A DNA stretch of 64,000 nucleotides, taken from NCBI GenBank assembly GCA_017555695.1, contig JAFZFX010000005.1, positions 2,855 through 66,854 of the forward strand, read 5' to 3'. Origin of the DNA: Alistipes sp. (GTDB lineage: Bacteria; Bacteroidota; Bacteroidia; Bacteroidales; Rikenellaceae). The notes beneath the pieces were generated by a model that worked only from the letters and a program-made list of their open reading frames with translations, had not been told where the DNA came from and did no database searches. Positions within the stretch are counted from its first letter, which is position 1; each line of letters starts with the position of its first letter. Made by a program: the position numbers and the translations under genes. Positions 45,145 to 56,017 of this stretch are shown here, in pieces.

Positions 45145-47769
45145 CTATTTAAGTGCTGCCAAACGCTCCTTGATAGCCAAAATCTTGGCCTCTGCATCAG
45201 CCTTTTTGGCACGCTCGTTAGCTACAACCTTCTCGGGTGCAGAATTAACGAAGCGCTCGTTAGACAGTTTCTTCATTACGCTTGCGAGGAAGCCCTCCAG
45301 ATAGTCGAGCTCGTCGGTCAGCTTCTTGGTCTCGGCCTCGATGTCAATCTTGTCACCCATAGGTACGAAGTACTGTGTGGTCTTGACGATGAATGCATCG
45401 GCTGTCGGATCCTTCTCTGTGATGGTGTTAATCTGCTCGAGATTACACATCTTGATGATGACGGGAGCAAACTCTGTGGGGTAGTTCTCGTCCTCGATTA
45501 CATTCAGAGTCAATGCCTCCTTCTGTGCGATGTTCTTCTGCTTGCGGATGTTACGCACACCTGTGATAACCTCGGTTGCAAGTGTAAAGCGAGCGAGCAA
45601 TGCCTCGTCGGCCTGCTTCTCTGCAGGCATCGGAGCATACATAATAGACTCGCCCTCAGCACGAGGTGCCAAATCCTGCCAAATCTCCTCTGTAACGAAG
45701 GGCATAAACGGATGGATAAGACGCATCAAGAGGTCGAAATAGTTGCGTGTAGCCTCCAGTGTAGTCTTGTCCGCGGGCTGCTGATATGCGGGCTTAACCA
45801 TCTCGAGGTACCAACCGCTGAAGTCGTCCCAGAAGAGTTTATAGATACGCATAAATGCCTCAGAGATACGATACGACTCAAACATCGCATTGATCTCGCC
45901 GATGGCCTTCGACAGTGTGTTGTCAAACCACTCGATAGCCTGACGGCAGCACTCGCTCTGTGCGAGGTTCTCGTCTACGCTCCAGCCATTGATGAGTCGG
46001 TATGCGTTCCAAATCTTATTACCGAAGTTACGGCCCTGCTCACACAAAGCCTCGTCGAACATAACATCGTTACCAGCCGATGATGAGAGCATCATCGCTA
46101 CACGCATACCATCTGCGCCGTATTGTGCAATCAAGTCCAGCGGGTCGGGTGAGTTACCCAACTGCTTCGACATCTTGCGACCCAACTTGTCGCGTACGAT
46201 ACCAGTGAAATATACATTGCCGAAGGGCTTTTCGCCACGGTACTCGTAACCGGCCATAATCATACGGGCTACCCAGAAGAAGATGATATCGGGACCAGTG
46301 ATAAGGTCAGATGTGGGGTAGTAGTACTTGATGTCCTCGTTGTCGGGGTTGCGGATGCCGTCAAATACAGAAATGGGCCACAACCAAGAAGAGAACCAAG
46401 TATCCAATACATCCTCGTCCTGACGCAGGTCGCTCATCTGCAGAGTCTCGTCGCCCGCCTTTGCGCGAGCCTTGATGAGAGCCTCCTCGGCTGTGGGGGC
46501 AATCACATAGCCACCCTTGGGCAGATAATAAGCGGGAATACGCTGACCCCACCATAACTGACGCGAGATACACCAATCCTTGATATTCTCCATCCAGTGG
46601 CGATAAGTGTTCTTATACTTTGCGGGAATGAACTTAATTGCATCCTCCAAAACGGCCTTTGTTGCGGGCTCGGCAATCTCCTGCATTGACATAAACCACT
46701 GCATCGAGAGCTTAGGCTCGATAGCCACGCCAGTACGCTCTGAATAACCTACATTGTTGGTGTAAGCCTCCACCTTCTCCATTAGGCCAGCCTCCTGCAA
46801 ATCCTTCTCGATAACCTTGCGGCACTCGAAACGGTCCATACCTACATACATACCAACCTTGTCGTTGATTGTACCATCGTCGTTGAAGATGTCGATAGTC
46901 TCCAAGTTGTACTTCTCGCCCAACATATAGTCGTTTACATCGTGTGCGGGTGTCACCTTCAATGCACCTGTACCGAACTCGATGTCTACATACTCATCAC
47001 GGATGATGGGCACTGAACGGCCTACCAACGGAACAATTACGCGTGCGCCCTCGGGGATATCCTTGTAACGCTCGTCGTTGGGGTTAAGACATACGGCTGT
47101 ATCGCCCAAGATAGTCTCGGGGCGTGTAGTTGCCACAATCAGGTAGCGGTCTGTACCCTCCACCATATAGCGCAGGTAGTAGAGCTTACCCTGTGACTCC
47201 TTATAGATAACCTCCTCGTCAGAAAGTGCTGTCTTTGCCGAGGGGTCCCAGTTTACCATACGCACACCGCGGTAAATCTTGCCCTTCTCGTAGAGGTCAC
47301 AGAATACCTTGATTACGCTCTCGGTGCGGGGCTCGTCCATAGTAAAGCAAGTACGGTCCCAGTCGCACGATGCACCCAACTTACGCAACTGCTTAAGGAT
47401 GATGCCACCGTGCTTCTCTTTCCACTCCCAAGCGTGAGCCAAGAACTCTTCGCGTGTGAGAGTCGCCTTGTCGATACCCTCAGCCTTGAGCTTGGCTACA
47501 ACCTTTGCCTCGGTTGCGATTGAGGCGTGGTCGGTACCAGGTACCCAGCAGGCGTTCTTACCCTGCTGGCGTGCACGACGCATCAATACATCCTGCAATG
47601 TGTTGTTCAGCATATGACCCATATGCAACATACCTGTCACATTGGGGGGAGGAATAACTATAGTGTAAGGCTCGCGAGCATCGGGCTCCGAGTGGAAAAG
47701 TTTGTTGTCAATCCAATACTCATACCACTTCGACTCTATGTCTTGTGGTGTGTATTTGTCTGCTACCAT
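45145..47769 (-). CDS. valS: Valine--tRNA ligase
   Basis: [29 protein letters not shown]-terminal coiled coil; start 47769 or 47778. Confidence 0.97.
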   Translation of the reverse strand: MVADKYTPQDIESKWYEYWIDNKLFHSEPDAREPYTIVIPPPNVTGMLHMGHMLNNTLQDVLMRRARQQGKNACWVPGTDHASIATEAKVVAKLKAEGIDKATLTREEFLAHAWEWKEKHGGIILKQLRKLGASCDWDRTCFTMDEPRTESVIKVFCDLYEKGKIYRGVRMVNWDPSAKTALSDEEVIYKESQGKLYYLRYMVEGTDRYLIVATTRPETILGDTAVCLNPNDERYKDIPEGARVIVPLVGRSVPIIRDEYVDIEFGTGALKVTPAHDVNDYMLGEKYNLETIDIFNDDGTINDKVGMYVGMDRFECRKVIEKDLQEAGLMEKVEAYTNNVGYSERTGVAIEPKLSMQWFMSMQEIAEPATKAVLEDAIKFIPAKYKNTYRHWMENIKDWCISRQLWWGQRIPAYYLPKGGYVIAPTAEEALIKARAKAGDETLQMSDLRQDEDVLDTWFSSWLWPISVFDGIRNPDNEDIKYYYPTSDLITGPDIIFFWVARMIMAGYEYRGEKPFGNVYFTGIVRDKLGRKMSKQLGNSPDPLDLIAQYGADGMRVAMMLSSSAGNDVMFDEALCEQGRNFGNKIWNAYRLINGWSVDENLAQSECCRQAIEWFDNTLSKAIGEINAMFESYRISEAFMRIYKLFWDDFSGWYLEMVKPAYQQPADKTTLEATRNYFDLLMRLIHPFMPFVTEEIWQDLAPRAEGESIMYAPMPAEKQADEALLARFTLATEVITGVRNIRKQKNIAQKEALTLNVIEDENYPTEFAPVIIKMCNLEQINTITEKDPTADAFIVKTTQYFVPMGDKIDIEAETKKLTDELDYLEGFLASVMKKLSNERFVNSAPEKVVANERAKKADAEAKILAIKERLAALK

Positions 47770-47823
47770 AATGTTCAAATCAAATGTTTAGTCTTAATCA
47801 ATTTTGGCCTCTCTCGATGCTGA

Positions 47824-48768
47824 TTACAATGTAGCCAAATAGTCGCTTACATTCTTCTCGATACGAGCCGCTACATCGTCGCTCTCTGCCTTGCAGAACT
47901 TCTCGCCCACGATGTTCTCGTACAACTCAACATAGCGGTCGGTGATGCTGTTTACGATTTCGGGAGTCATCTCGGGTACCTGCTGGCCCTCCTGACCTTG
48001 GAAGCCGTTAGCCATAAGCCACTCGCGTACGAACTCCTTTGAAAGCTGCTTCTGCTTCTCGCCAGCAGCCAGACGCTCCTCGTAACCCTCGGCGTAGAAG
48101 TAGCGTGATGAGTCGGGAGTGTGAATCTCGTCCATGAGGTAGATAACGCCATCCTTCTTACCGAACTCGTACTTTGTATCAACCAAGATAAGACCCATCT
48201 TGGCGGCAATCTCGGTTCCGCGCTGGAAGATTGCGCGAGTGTAAGCCTCCAACTGCTCGTAGTCCTCACGGCTTACGATACCTTGTGCGATGATATCCTC
48301 CTTTGAGATGTCCTCGTCGTGACCCTCGTCGGCCTTTGTTGTGGGAGTGATGATAGGCTCTGGGAACTTCTGGTTCTCAACCATACCCTCGGGCATCTCT
48401 ACGCCACATATTGTGCGCTTGCCAGCCTTGTACTCTCTCCAAGCGTGACCAGAGAGGTAACCACGGATAACCATCTCAACCTTGAAGGGCTCGCACTTGT
48501 GACCAACTGTTACCATAGGGTCGGGCACTGCTATCTTCCAGTTGGGGAGGATGTCTGTAGTAGCGTCAAGGAACTTGGCGGCTATCTGGTTCAACACCTG
48601 ACCCTTGAAGGGAATACCCTCGGGCAATACTACATCAAATGCTGATATACGGTCCGATACAACCATTACAAGATACTTGTCGTCGATGCTATATACATCA
48701 CGAACCTTACCCACATAGTGGCTCTGCTGACCCTTGAAGTTGAAGTCTGTCTTTACGATTGCTTTCAT
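47824..48768 (-). CDS. purC: SAICAR synthetase
   Basis: [31 protein letters not shown]. Confidence 0.97.
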   Translation of the reverse strand: MKAIVKTDFNFKGQQSHYVGKVRDVYSIDDKYLVMVVSDRISAFDVVLPEGIPFKGQVLNQIAAKFLDATTDILPNWKIAVPDPMVTVGHKCEPFKVEMVIRGYLSGHAWREYKAGKRTICGVEMPEGMVENQKFPEPIITPTTKADEGHDEDISKEDIIAQGIVSREDYEQLEAYTRAIFQRGTEIAAKMGLILVDTKYEFGKKDGVIYLMDEIHTPDSSRYFYAEGYEERLAAGEKQKQLSKEFVREWLMANGFQGQEGQQVPEMTPEIVNSITDRYVELYENIVGEKFCKAESDDVAARIEKNVSDYLATL

Positions 48769-48854
48769 TTTATTCTATATGTTTTTGTTATTTGATTTCT
48801 CTTCGTTGGCTTGACCTTGCGGGGTAAGTGTCTCCGCATAGGCCAATACGACCG

Positions 48855-48862
48855 CAAAAATA
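48855..48862 (-). promoter_or_regulatory. -7 element for purC
   Basis: TATTTTTG on the minus strand ~86 nt upstream of the ATG. Confidence 0.55.
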
Positions 48863-48989
48863 GTAAATTTTATTGACGATACTTAAATAAATAGAAAGTT
48901 TTTTCGTGCTCTTGTCGTTAAAGTTTTCGTTTTTCTTTGGCTTTTTGCCAAATATGCGAATAGGTAATATTGATTTGCGAAAAAAATCG

Positions 48990-48997
48990 TATATTTG
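48990..48997 (+). promoter_or_regulatory. -7 element for the beta-propeller gene
   Basis: TATATTTG. Confidence 0.55.
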
Positions 48998-49027
48998 TCA
49001 GTTAAAACTATGTTAATTACAAGCAGT

Positions 49028-50527
49028 ATGAACTTAAAATATGTGAGAAAGGCATTGTTGATGCTCTCGTCGGCAGTGCTCGTTGCGTGTAGCTCTCATC
49101 CCGAGCAGGTTAAGGATAGCGTGGCTGAGTTGCCACCCATCTTTCCCGACTATGCGGGTGTTACCATTCCTACCAATATAGCCCCTCTGAACTTTATGAT
49201 TGAGGGCGTTCCTTCGCTCGAAGCGGTATTTATGCGTGATGGCAAGGAGTTGCTTACGGTTGATAGCCGCAAGGGCGTTGTCGATATTCCCATCAGCAAG
49301 TGGCACGATATGATTAAAGCCAACGAGGGAGGGTCTATCCAGGTCAAGGTGCGCGCGTGGGGTGGCGAATACCCCGAGGGCGTGGAGTATGCCCCGTTTG
49401 ATATCCATATCTCAACCGACGAGATTGATGGCTGGGTTGCCTATCGTCTTATCGAGCCTGGCTATGAGGGTTGGTTGCAGATGGGTATCTATCAGCGTGA
49501 ACTCGCTTCATTCAACGAGGAGGTGTTGGTCGATAACTCGGTGAATAATATGGGTTGCGTGAACTGCCACTCATTCTGCTCACACTCACCCCAGACGATG
49601 ATGTTCCACTCGCGTAGCGACAATGGCGGTACGGTCTTCTGGCAGGATGGTCAGCTGGAGAAGATTAATCTTGCAGCCGTAGGCCCAAAGAAGCAGGGTA
49701 CTTACCCTCGCTGGAATCCCAAGGGTCGCTATGTAGCCTACTCGTCAAACCTCACATTCCAGTCATTCTATGCCGAGGGTAGCCGTGAGAACGAGACTTA
49801 CGATACAGCCTCTGACCTTATCATTCTTGATACTGAGAGCGGCAAGGTGCTGGCTGATGAGCGTTTCAACGAGTCCACTCGTTGGGAGACCTATCCCGAA
49901 TGGTCGCCAGATGGCGAGTACATCTACTTCTGTTCGGCCAATGGTGTGCAGATGCCTAACGATAGACGCAACCTGCACTACGATTTGTTGCGCGTTAAGT
50001 TCGACCGCGAGACAATGACTCTTGGTGAGCAGGTAGATACAGTCTATAATACTCGTATTGAGGGTGGTAGCGTTGGTTATCCCCGCATTTCGCCCGATGG
50101 TCAGTATCTGATGTACGCCCGATTGGCTTATGGTACTTTCCCCGTTTGGCACGAGGAGTCTGATATGGAGATGGTGCGCTTGGCCGATGGTCAGAAGGTC
50201 GATGTGTCGGCCATCAATAGCGACGATAGCGAGAGTTACCACTCGTGGTCATCTACGAGCCGCTGGAAGGTTGTAGCCAGCCGCCGTCTGGATAGTCGTT
50301 ACGCCAGAGTCTATATCGCCCATATTTCAGAGGATGGTGTTTGTGGTAAGCCTTTCCTGTTGCCGCAGCGTAATCCGTTGCATAATATGTGGCGTCTGAA
50401 GTCGTATAATATCCCCGAGTTTGTAACGGGTAAGGTGAGCCTGCCGAAGGAGCGATTGATGGAGTTGCTCGATGCTGGTACGGGTCGCGACAGCGAGGAT
50501 AGCAAGGCCCAGCGCGGTGTAAACTAA
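49028..50527 (+). CDS. TolB-like (PD40 repeat) beta-propeller lipoprotein with a CxxCH motif
   Basis: Lipobox LVAC; YPRWNPKG, YPEWSPDG, YPRISPDG, YHSWSS repeats; GCVNCHSF. Confidence 0.8.
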   Translation: MNLKYVRKALLMLSSAVLVACSSHPEQVKDSVAELPPIFPDYAGVTIPTNIAPLNFMIEGVPSLEAVFMRDGKELLTVDSRKGVVDIPISKWHDMIKANEGGSIQVKVRAWGGEYPEGVEYAPFDIHISTDEIDGWVAYRLIEPGYEGWLQMGIYQRELASFNEEVLVDNSVNNMGCVNCHSFCSHSPQTMMFHSRSDNGGTVFWQDGQLEKINLAAVGPKKQGTYPRWNPKGRYVAYSSNLTFQSFYAEGSRENETYDTASDLIILDTESGKVLADERFNESTRWETYPEWSPDGEYIYFCSANGVQMPNDRRNLHYDLLRVKFDRETMTLGEQVDTVYNTRIEGGSVGYPRISPDGQYLMYARLAYGTFPVWHEESDMEMVRLADGQKVDVSAINSDDSESYHSWSSTSRWKVVASRRLDSRYARVYIAHISEDGVCGKPFLLPQRNPLHNMWRLKSYNIPEFVTGKVSLPKERLMELLDAGTGRDSEDSKAQRGVN

Positions 50528-50595
50528 ATATGGCCTAACTGCTTGCATAGCAGCGTGAAAGTTTGAGAGAAAAAGATTAGCGAAATAGATATTTT

Positions 50596-52104
50596 ATGAA
50601 AAAGATATTGTTGATTCAATCGGGATTGTTGCTTCCTGTGGTATTCATTTTCTGGATGGTGACCTATCCCGAAACATTGCAGTGGATGGAGGAGTATAGC
50701 TTCTTCTCTACATTGCCCGATTTTACCCATCTTCAGGTGCGATTGCCGGGCGATGCTCTGCGTTATTTGGGTGCCTTCGTGTTGCAGTTCTATCGTTGGA
50801 CTTGGGTTGCTGCCGCCATTCAAACTCTGTTTGCGTGGATTGTGATGGCTTGCACATCATATATTCTGTGGCGTTTGGTGCGTGTTTCTAAATTGATGTG
50901 GCTGGCTTTCATCCCCGTTGCAGTGTTGCTTTCACAGCAGTGTACTTACCGCGATTTGGAGAGTTCGTTTGTATGGATTATTGCTGCGGCTTTGGCGGCT
51001 TTGGCAGCAAAGTATTTTGTGCGCCGTCCGATGGACTTTTTCGAGAAGTATGCAGACGATAATGCGGCGAAAAATGAGCCTAAAGGCCGTAAAGTAGTGA
51101 CCGAGCCTAAAAAGAAACTAAACTTTAAGACTATCCTCTGCTATGTGATTCTGCCTCTGGTGATTATGGGCGCAGGATGCTATGCTTCGGCGAACGATAT
51201 GGACTGCTCATTCCGTGAGAGAGTTCATCGTCTTGAGCATCTTGCCGAGGAGCAGAAGTGGGCGGAGATTCTGGATATCGTCACTCCCGAAGTTGCACTC
51301 ACCGATGCTGTCAGCAAACGCTATGCTATTCTGGCTCTGCTGGAGACCGATATGCTTGCCAATCGTGCTTTCGAGTATGGTGTAACTACGCCTGACGATT
51401 TCTATTTTATGGATCGTAACGAGTTTGTTGGTATATATTTCAATGCGCTGTTGTATAAGGCTTTGGGCGTTGATGATGAGGTTATCCACCTGATGTATCT
51501 GCTCAACGAGCACTCTCGTTTGGGCTTCTCGTTCCGTACTCTGCGTATTATGGCCGATGCTTACCTGCGTAAGGGTGACCATATCTTGGCCGAGAAGTAT
51601 CTTACTATCCTTTCACATACGACTTGCCACGGTTCGTGGTTGAAGCCTCGTTGGGAGCAACTCTCTGCCTTGAAGGCTAACCCCGTGCCGCGTCCCACCG
51701 AGCCGAGTGATGTGGCCATCGGTGCCCACGGCTTGCAGGGTGAGGCGCAGTTGTTGGGCGAGATGTACCGACTGCTCGATGCTTATCCTTCGAACAAGAA
51801 GATTCTCGATGTGCTGTTGTGCGGTCTGCTGGCAGTGTGTGATGTCGAAAGTTTTGGAAAGTATTTCGATAAGTTTGGCCCTGTGGCCTATGCTGGTCAG
51901 AAGATGCCCGTATATTATGAGGATGGACTTATCTTGTACTCTTACATTGACAAGACTATCTACGAGCGTTTCCCTGTGCGCCAATCTCGTCTGAATGATT
52001 TTGTGAAGTTCTCGCAATATATGAACAGCGGACAGAAGGCCAACGCCCGCCGCAGTGCCCCCAATAGCTATTGGGCATATATGTATTGCAGCACTCCGTA
52101 TTAA
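50596..52104 (+). CDS. DUF6057-like membrane protein
   Basis: N-terminal E.YSFF...PG....YLG.FVLQFY, several TM helices, helical C-terminal domain ending SYWAY; family name recalled, not searched. Confidence 0.65.
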   Translation: MKKILLIQSGLLLPVVFIFWMVTYPETLQWMEEYSFFSTLPDFTHLQVRLPGDALRYLGAFVLQFYRWTWVAAAIQTLFAWIVMACTSYILWRLVRVSKLMWLAFIPVAVLLSQQCTYRDLESSFVWIIAAALAALAAKYFVRRPMDFFEKYADDNAAKNEPKGRKVVTEPKKKLNFKTILCYVILPLVIMGAGCYASANDMDCSFRERVHRLEHLAEEQKWAEILDIVTPEVALTDAVSKRYAILALLETDMLANRAFEYGVTTPDDFYFMDRNEFVGIYFNALLYKALGVDDEVIHLMYLLNEHSRLGFSFRTLRIMADAYLRKGDHILAEKYLTILSHTTCHGSWLKPRWEQLSALKANPVPRPTEPSDVAIGAHGLQGEAQLLGEMYRLLDAYPSNKKILDVLLCGLLAVCDVESFGKYFDKFGPVAYAGQKMPVYYEDGLILYSYIDKTIYERFPVRQSRLNDFVKFSQYMNSGQKANARRSAPNSYWAYMYCSTPY

Positions 52105-52134
52105 CCGATTTTATAACTTAAAACCTACTTCGCT

Positions 52135-54051
52135 ATGTGTCGCAAATTCTACACTTTGCTTTTGATGACTTGTCTGTTGTCGGTGGCTCAGGCTCAAGTC
52201 AAAAAAGAGAACTACTATCTTGATATCTATCCCGACACCTGGGTGGCAACTGACGATGTTGGTCGCGTGATGCCAACGGCTGCCGATACTCCGCTGAAGA
52301 CAGATAAGGATAGAACAGTCGGCATATTTTATATTACTTGGCATACCCAAAGATGCCACTACGGCAAGCCCTATGTGGCCGATGTTAGCCGAGTGTTGGC
52401 ACAAGATCCTAATGCCAGCCGTGACGGCGATAGTGAGGCGTGGGGTGGCTATGACTCATTTCACTGGGGAGAGCCCGAGTGGGGATATTTCTTGAGTCAG
52501 GATGAGTATGTCATCCGCAAGGATATGTCGATGCTTGCCGATGCGGGTGTCGATGTCATCATCTTCGATGTTACCAATGCCGTACACTATTGGGATGAGT
52601 GGGCTGTAGTATTGCGTACTATGGCGCAGATGAAGAAGGAGGGTAATAAAGTGCCCAAATTCTGCTTCTGGGCCTTCAATGGTAATGTGATTACAGTTGT
52701 CCACGCTCTCTACGATAAGTACTACCGTAATCCCCAATATCAGGACTTGTGGTTCTATTGGCAGGGTAAGCCTCTGTTGCTCTACAATGCTACGCCGAGT
52801 GTGGATGCCAATGTGGGCGGAGGTGAGAAGAACTTGGCCGACTATTCTGACGAGGTCAAGGAGTTCTTTACACTGCGTAATATGTGGTGGGGCTACTATG
52901 AGTGGGCTGGCGAGCGCTATGTCGGCGGCGAGGGTAAGTGGTCCTTCGGTTTGCAGTTGTGCGATGAGAAGGTTGCTAAAATGAAACCCGAGGAGTTGGC
53001 AGCAACCTGGAAGGGTCGCTACGAGCAGATGCCGGTAACACCTGCACAGCATCCCATATCTATGGTAGGTAAGAGCTGGTCGCGCAAGGATGGTCAGCCC
53101 GCTATGGATATATGCGATATGCCCATCAAGGCGCAAGTGCCATATCTTGATAACAAGGTGTGTATCGACCCCGTGCGTTACGGAATCTACTTCCAGGAGC
53201 GTTGGGACGAGGCATTGCAGGTGGATCCCGACTTCATCTATCTTAACGACTGGAATGAGTGGACTGCAGGTAAATATAAGAGCGGTTTTGATCCTGGTGG
53301 TCATCCCACGCCCAGCCTTGATAGCTTCCTTGGTCGTAAAAATCCTTTCTACTTCGTAGACCAGTACAATGCCGAGTATAACCGTACGATTGCCCCGATG
53401 AAGGGAGGCTATACCGACAACTACTATATGCAGATGGTGCAGAATATCCGTCGCTATAAGGGTGTGCGCCCGATTCCCGAGAATAAGGGTGAGGTGAAGA
53501 TTGCGGTCGATGGAAAGATGGCTGATTGGCAGCAGGTTGAGGTCGTATATCGTGATACAAAGGGCGATACGGCTCACCGCGACCACGATGGCTATGGTGA
53601 CCTTCACTATACCGACAAGAGTGGCCGTAACGACATCGTAGAGTGTAAGGTGGCTTGCGATGGCGATAACCTCTACTTCTACGCTGAGGTTGCGGGTAAA
53701 CTCACTCCTGATACCGATAACAATTGGATGATGCTCTTCGTTGATGCCGACCAAAATAGCCAGACAGGATGGCACGGTTATGACTATATGGTAGCCGAGA
53801 AGATGCTCTGCCGTTACGATGCCGAGATTGGTAACTGGGTGAGCGTAGCCGATGTTGCGATGGCTTGTAGCGACAATGCTTTGGAGTTGAAGGTAAAGCG
53901 TAGCGATATGAATCTCAAGGGCAGCAAGATGACCTTCGACTTTAAGTGGGCCGACAATCCCAACAACCTCGACGATGTCATTTCGCTCTGTACTCACGGT
54001 GATACAGCGCCCAACCGTCGATTCAACTTCCGCTACATCTGGAAACGATAA
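52135..54051 (+). CDS. Secreted putative glycoside hydrolase (GH99/GH71-like barrel) with a C-terminal beta-sandwich
   Basis: Signal peptide; VGIFYITWH, P.WGYF.S.D, LADAGVDVIIFD, GKPLL, DWNEW. Confidence 0.6.
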   Translation: MCRKFYTLLLMTCLLSVAQAQVKKENYYLDIYPDTWVATDDVGRVMPTAADTPLKTDKDRTVGIFYITWHTQRCHYGKPYVADVSRVLAQDPNASRDGDSEAWGGYDSFHWGEPEWGYFLSQDEYVIRKDMSMLADAGVDVIIFDVTNAVHYWDEWAVVLRTMAQMKKEGNKVPKFCFWAFNGNVITVVHALYDKYYRNPQYQDLWFYWQGKPLLLYNATPSVDANVGGGEKNLADYSDEVKEFFTLRNMWWGYYEWAGERYVGGEGKWSFGLQLCDEKVAKMKPEELAATWKGRYEQMPVTPAQHPISMVGKSWSRKDGQPAMDICDMPIKAQVPYLDNKVCIDPVRYGIYFQERWDEALQVDPDFIYLNDWNEWTAGKYKSGFDPGGHPTPSLDSFLGRKNPFYFVDQYNAEYNRTIAPMKGGYTDNYYMQMVQNIRRYKGVRPIPENKGEVKIAVDGKMADWQQVEVVYRDTKGDTAHRDHDGYGDLHYTDKSGRNDIVECKVACDGDNLYFYAEVAGKLTPDTDNNWMMLFVDADQNSQTGWHGYDYMVAEKMLCRYDAEIGNWVSVADVAMACSDNALELKVKRSDMNLKGSKMTFDFKWADNPNNLDDVISLCTHGDTAPNRRFNFRYIWKR

Positions 54052-54076
54052 TGGCGTAAGAATTACTGAAAAGTTA

Positions 54077-54117
54077 ATAGGGGTTGTCCTCCATCAGGAC
54101 AACCCCTATATTTTTTT
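54077..54117 (+). terminator. Intrinsic terminator (possibly bidirectional)
   Basis: Perfect 14-bp stem ATAGGGGTTGTCCT/AGGACAACCCCTAT followed by ATTTTTTT. Confidence 0.85.
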
Positions 54118-54136
54118 GTACTCGTTAGCCGCTTTG

Positions 54137-55438
54137 CTATATGAATATCAGCTGAATAAGTATATAGACGGGCAGTAGAATAATCAGCGAGAATTTGAAG
54201 ATATAACCGAAGAAACTCGGCATCTTTACATCGTTCTGCTCGGCTATAGCCTTTACCATAAAGTTGGGACCGTTGCCTATGTATGTGAGCGCTCCAAAGA
54301 AGACTGCGCCCGTTGCAATTGCAGTCAAAATCTGCTCCGGAACACCTGCGATGAGTGTGGCGTCGGCTGCGTGAGGCAGACTCTGTGCCACGGTGTGGAA
54401 TGCTACGGCTGTAGGCGAATTGTCGAGGAATGCTGACAAGAATCCCGCCCCGTAGAAGAACTGCCATGGCTCACTGAAACCGAGTAACTCGGCGTGTTCG
54501 TTCAGATAGACCAGCGCAGGGGTCATAGTGATAAATATGCCGATAAATACCACCGCTACCTCGGTGATGGGCTCCCACGAGAAGTGATTGCCCTCTCTTA
54601 CGCCGCGGCGTGTTGTCATAATTGACATCAATGCGATGATAATCAGTATAATTTCGCGCATTGCCGCCACTCTCAGTGGTGCGTCCTCTGCTCCCATTTG
54701 TGGGAAATACGAGGGGTTGATGTATGCCACTGACAGGATTATGCAGATAAGATAGAAGATATTTATACGACCCGAAAAACGCAATGGCTTCTTCTCTCTG
54801 ACATCGGCGATGATGTTGGCGGTCTCCTCTTTGTAGTAGTATATACGCTTGTCCACCAAGTAGTAACCCAACAGTATGATGCTACCTACTACAGCCCACT
54901 CTGGCAGCAGATTCAGAAACCAGGTAAAGTCTGCACCGCGCAGATATAACAAGAAGAGGGGTGGATCACCGAGTGGTGTCAAGATACCTCCGCAGTTGGC
55001 TACCAACGCAATGAAAACAAGCACCGTGTGGGTGACATATTTTCGCTGTGAATTAAAGTACAACAATGGTCTAATGAGCAACATCGCGGCACCTGTCGTA
55101 CCAATCAGTGAAGCCAACAGATAACCTATTGCCAGCAGTATGGTATTGTTGCGCGGGCGGGCTTGAATATTACCCTGAATTCTGATTCCTCCCGTAACGA
55201 TAAATAGCGCTCCGAGAAGGATGATAAAAGGTAGATAATCGCCAAAAATCATATGGCCTAATTCTTTGCCCATTCCGCTGTATATGAGGTATATACCCGT
55301 CGGAACAGAGAGTGCTAAAGCAACATATAATTTATGCTTATTATCGCTCCACCATTGCTCGGCCAGCAGTGGCATTACGGCTATGCTAAGCAGCATCATC
55401 GCAAAGGGGATGAGTGCCCATAATTCTACTTCGTGCAT
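54137..55438 (-). CDS. Putative sodium:proton antiporter (ion transporter superfamily, CitMHS_2-like)
   Basis: IGTTGAAMLLIRP, ANCGG.LTPLGDPPLFL, LDNSPT, TYIGNGPNFMVK. Confidence 0.85.
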   Translation of the reverse strand: MHEVELWALIPFAMMLLSIAVMPLLAEQWWSDNKHKLYVALALSVPTGIYLIYSGMGKELGHMIFGDYLPFIILLGALFIVTGGIRIQGNIQARPRNNTILLAIGYLLASLIGTTGAAMLLIRPLLYFNSQRKYVTHTVLVFIALVANCGGILTPLGDPPLFLLYLRGADFTWFLNLLPEWAVVGSIILLGYYLVDKRIYYYKEETANIIADVREKKPLRFSGRINIFYLICIILSVAYINPSYFPQMGAEDAPLRVAAMREIILIIIALMSIMTTRRGVREGNHFSWEPITEVAVVFIGIFITMTPALVYLNEHAELLGFSEPWQFFYGAGFLSAFLDNSPTAVAFHTVAQSLPHAADATLIAGVPEQILTAIATGAVFFGALTYIGNGPNFMVKAIAEQNDVKMPSFFGYIFKFSLIILLPVYILIQLIFI

Positions 55439-55463
55439 AATGATTTCTTTGTAAAAAGTACTG

Positions 55464-55471
55464 CAAAAGTA
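55464..55471 (-). promoter_or_regulatory. -7 element for the minus-strand antiporter
   Basis: TACTTTTG on the minus strand 25 nt before the ATG. Confidence 0.55.
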
Positions 55472-55559
55472 GTAATTTTTTTTCGTTTGGTTGTAATTTT
55501 TTATTTCTGCAATAGATTTTTTGTGAGGCTACATTCTTGATAGTATATGAGAAAAAACT

Positions 55560-55567
55560 TATATTTG
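55560..55567 (+). promoter_or_regulatory. -7 element for the small ORF-nhaD transcript
   Basis: TATATTTG ending 4 nt before the GTG at 55572, implying a leaderless or nearly leaderless mRNA. Confidence 0.55.
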
Positions 55568-55571
55568 CAGT

Positions 55572-55910
55572 GTGAATAGGTTAGTTTCAATACTCTTTTT
55601 ACTATTTGTTTATGGTGCAACATCTCTCTCTGCGACGGATGCAGATGTTGTGTCTGAAGTTGTTCCTTGTAGTGAAACTTTCGAAAATCTCACCATATCG
55701 GAAGACCCCAATTCAGAAGGCGTAGTCATCAACGAGAATAATATTACGTTTAGTGTTTCTCCTAAAGTACATCATTCTCATCATCACGCATTTGGAGCGC
55801 ATTATTCGCATTTCGTAAATGCTATTATAGCAGTCCATAATTCCTGCCTTGTAGGCTTTTCGCGTACGATAGATAAATATATCTATTTCTTGCGCCATAT
55901 AATCATTTAG
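55572..55910 (+). CDS. Small secreted His-rich protein, candidate regulatory leader ORF of nhaD
   Basis: Sec-type signal (MNRLVSILFLLFVYGATSLSA), acidic middle, HHSHHHAFGAHYSH, C-terminus DKYIYFLRHIII. Confidence 0.6.
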   Translation: MNRLVSILFLLFVYGATSLSATDADVVSEVVPCSETFENLTISEDPNSEGVVINENNITFSVSPKVHHSHHHAFGAHYSHFVNAIIAVHNSCLVGFSRTIDKYIYFLRHIII

Positions 55911-55914
55911 CCCA

Positions 55915-56010
55915 CGTTTGGATTCCATATTGTCTTTGTACATCTTGAATACACCCTTTTCAAGATAAATCGGGTGTGTCTAAAAATAAGTTGTTTTATC
56001 GAATCAAACG
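55915..56010 (+). promoter_or_regulatory. Structured intercistronic RNA occluding the nhaD initiation region
   Basis: CGTTTGGATTC (55915-25) pairs with GAATCAAACG (56001-10); inner stem ATCTTGAA/TTCAAGAT (55942-49/55959-66) whose loop ACACCC matches GGGTGT (55972-77). Confidence 0.5.
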
Positions 56011-56017
56011 AAGTTTT

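Noticed and set aside
52456-53997. 513-aa antisense ORF
   Set aside because: Lies wholly opposite a well-formed gene in mirrored codon register and has no motifs; similar shadows occur over many genes here because of codon bias
55439-55571. Fluoride riboswitch before the minus-strand antiporter
   Set aside because: No crcB-motif consensus and the leader is too short
55976-56017. GTG-initiated N-terminal extension of NhaD
   Set aside because: NhaD's first TM helix begins at ATG 56018, and the GTG is buried in the leader structure
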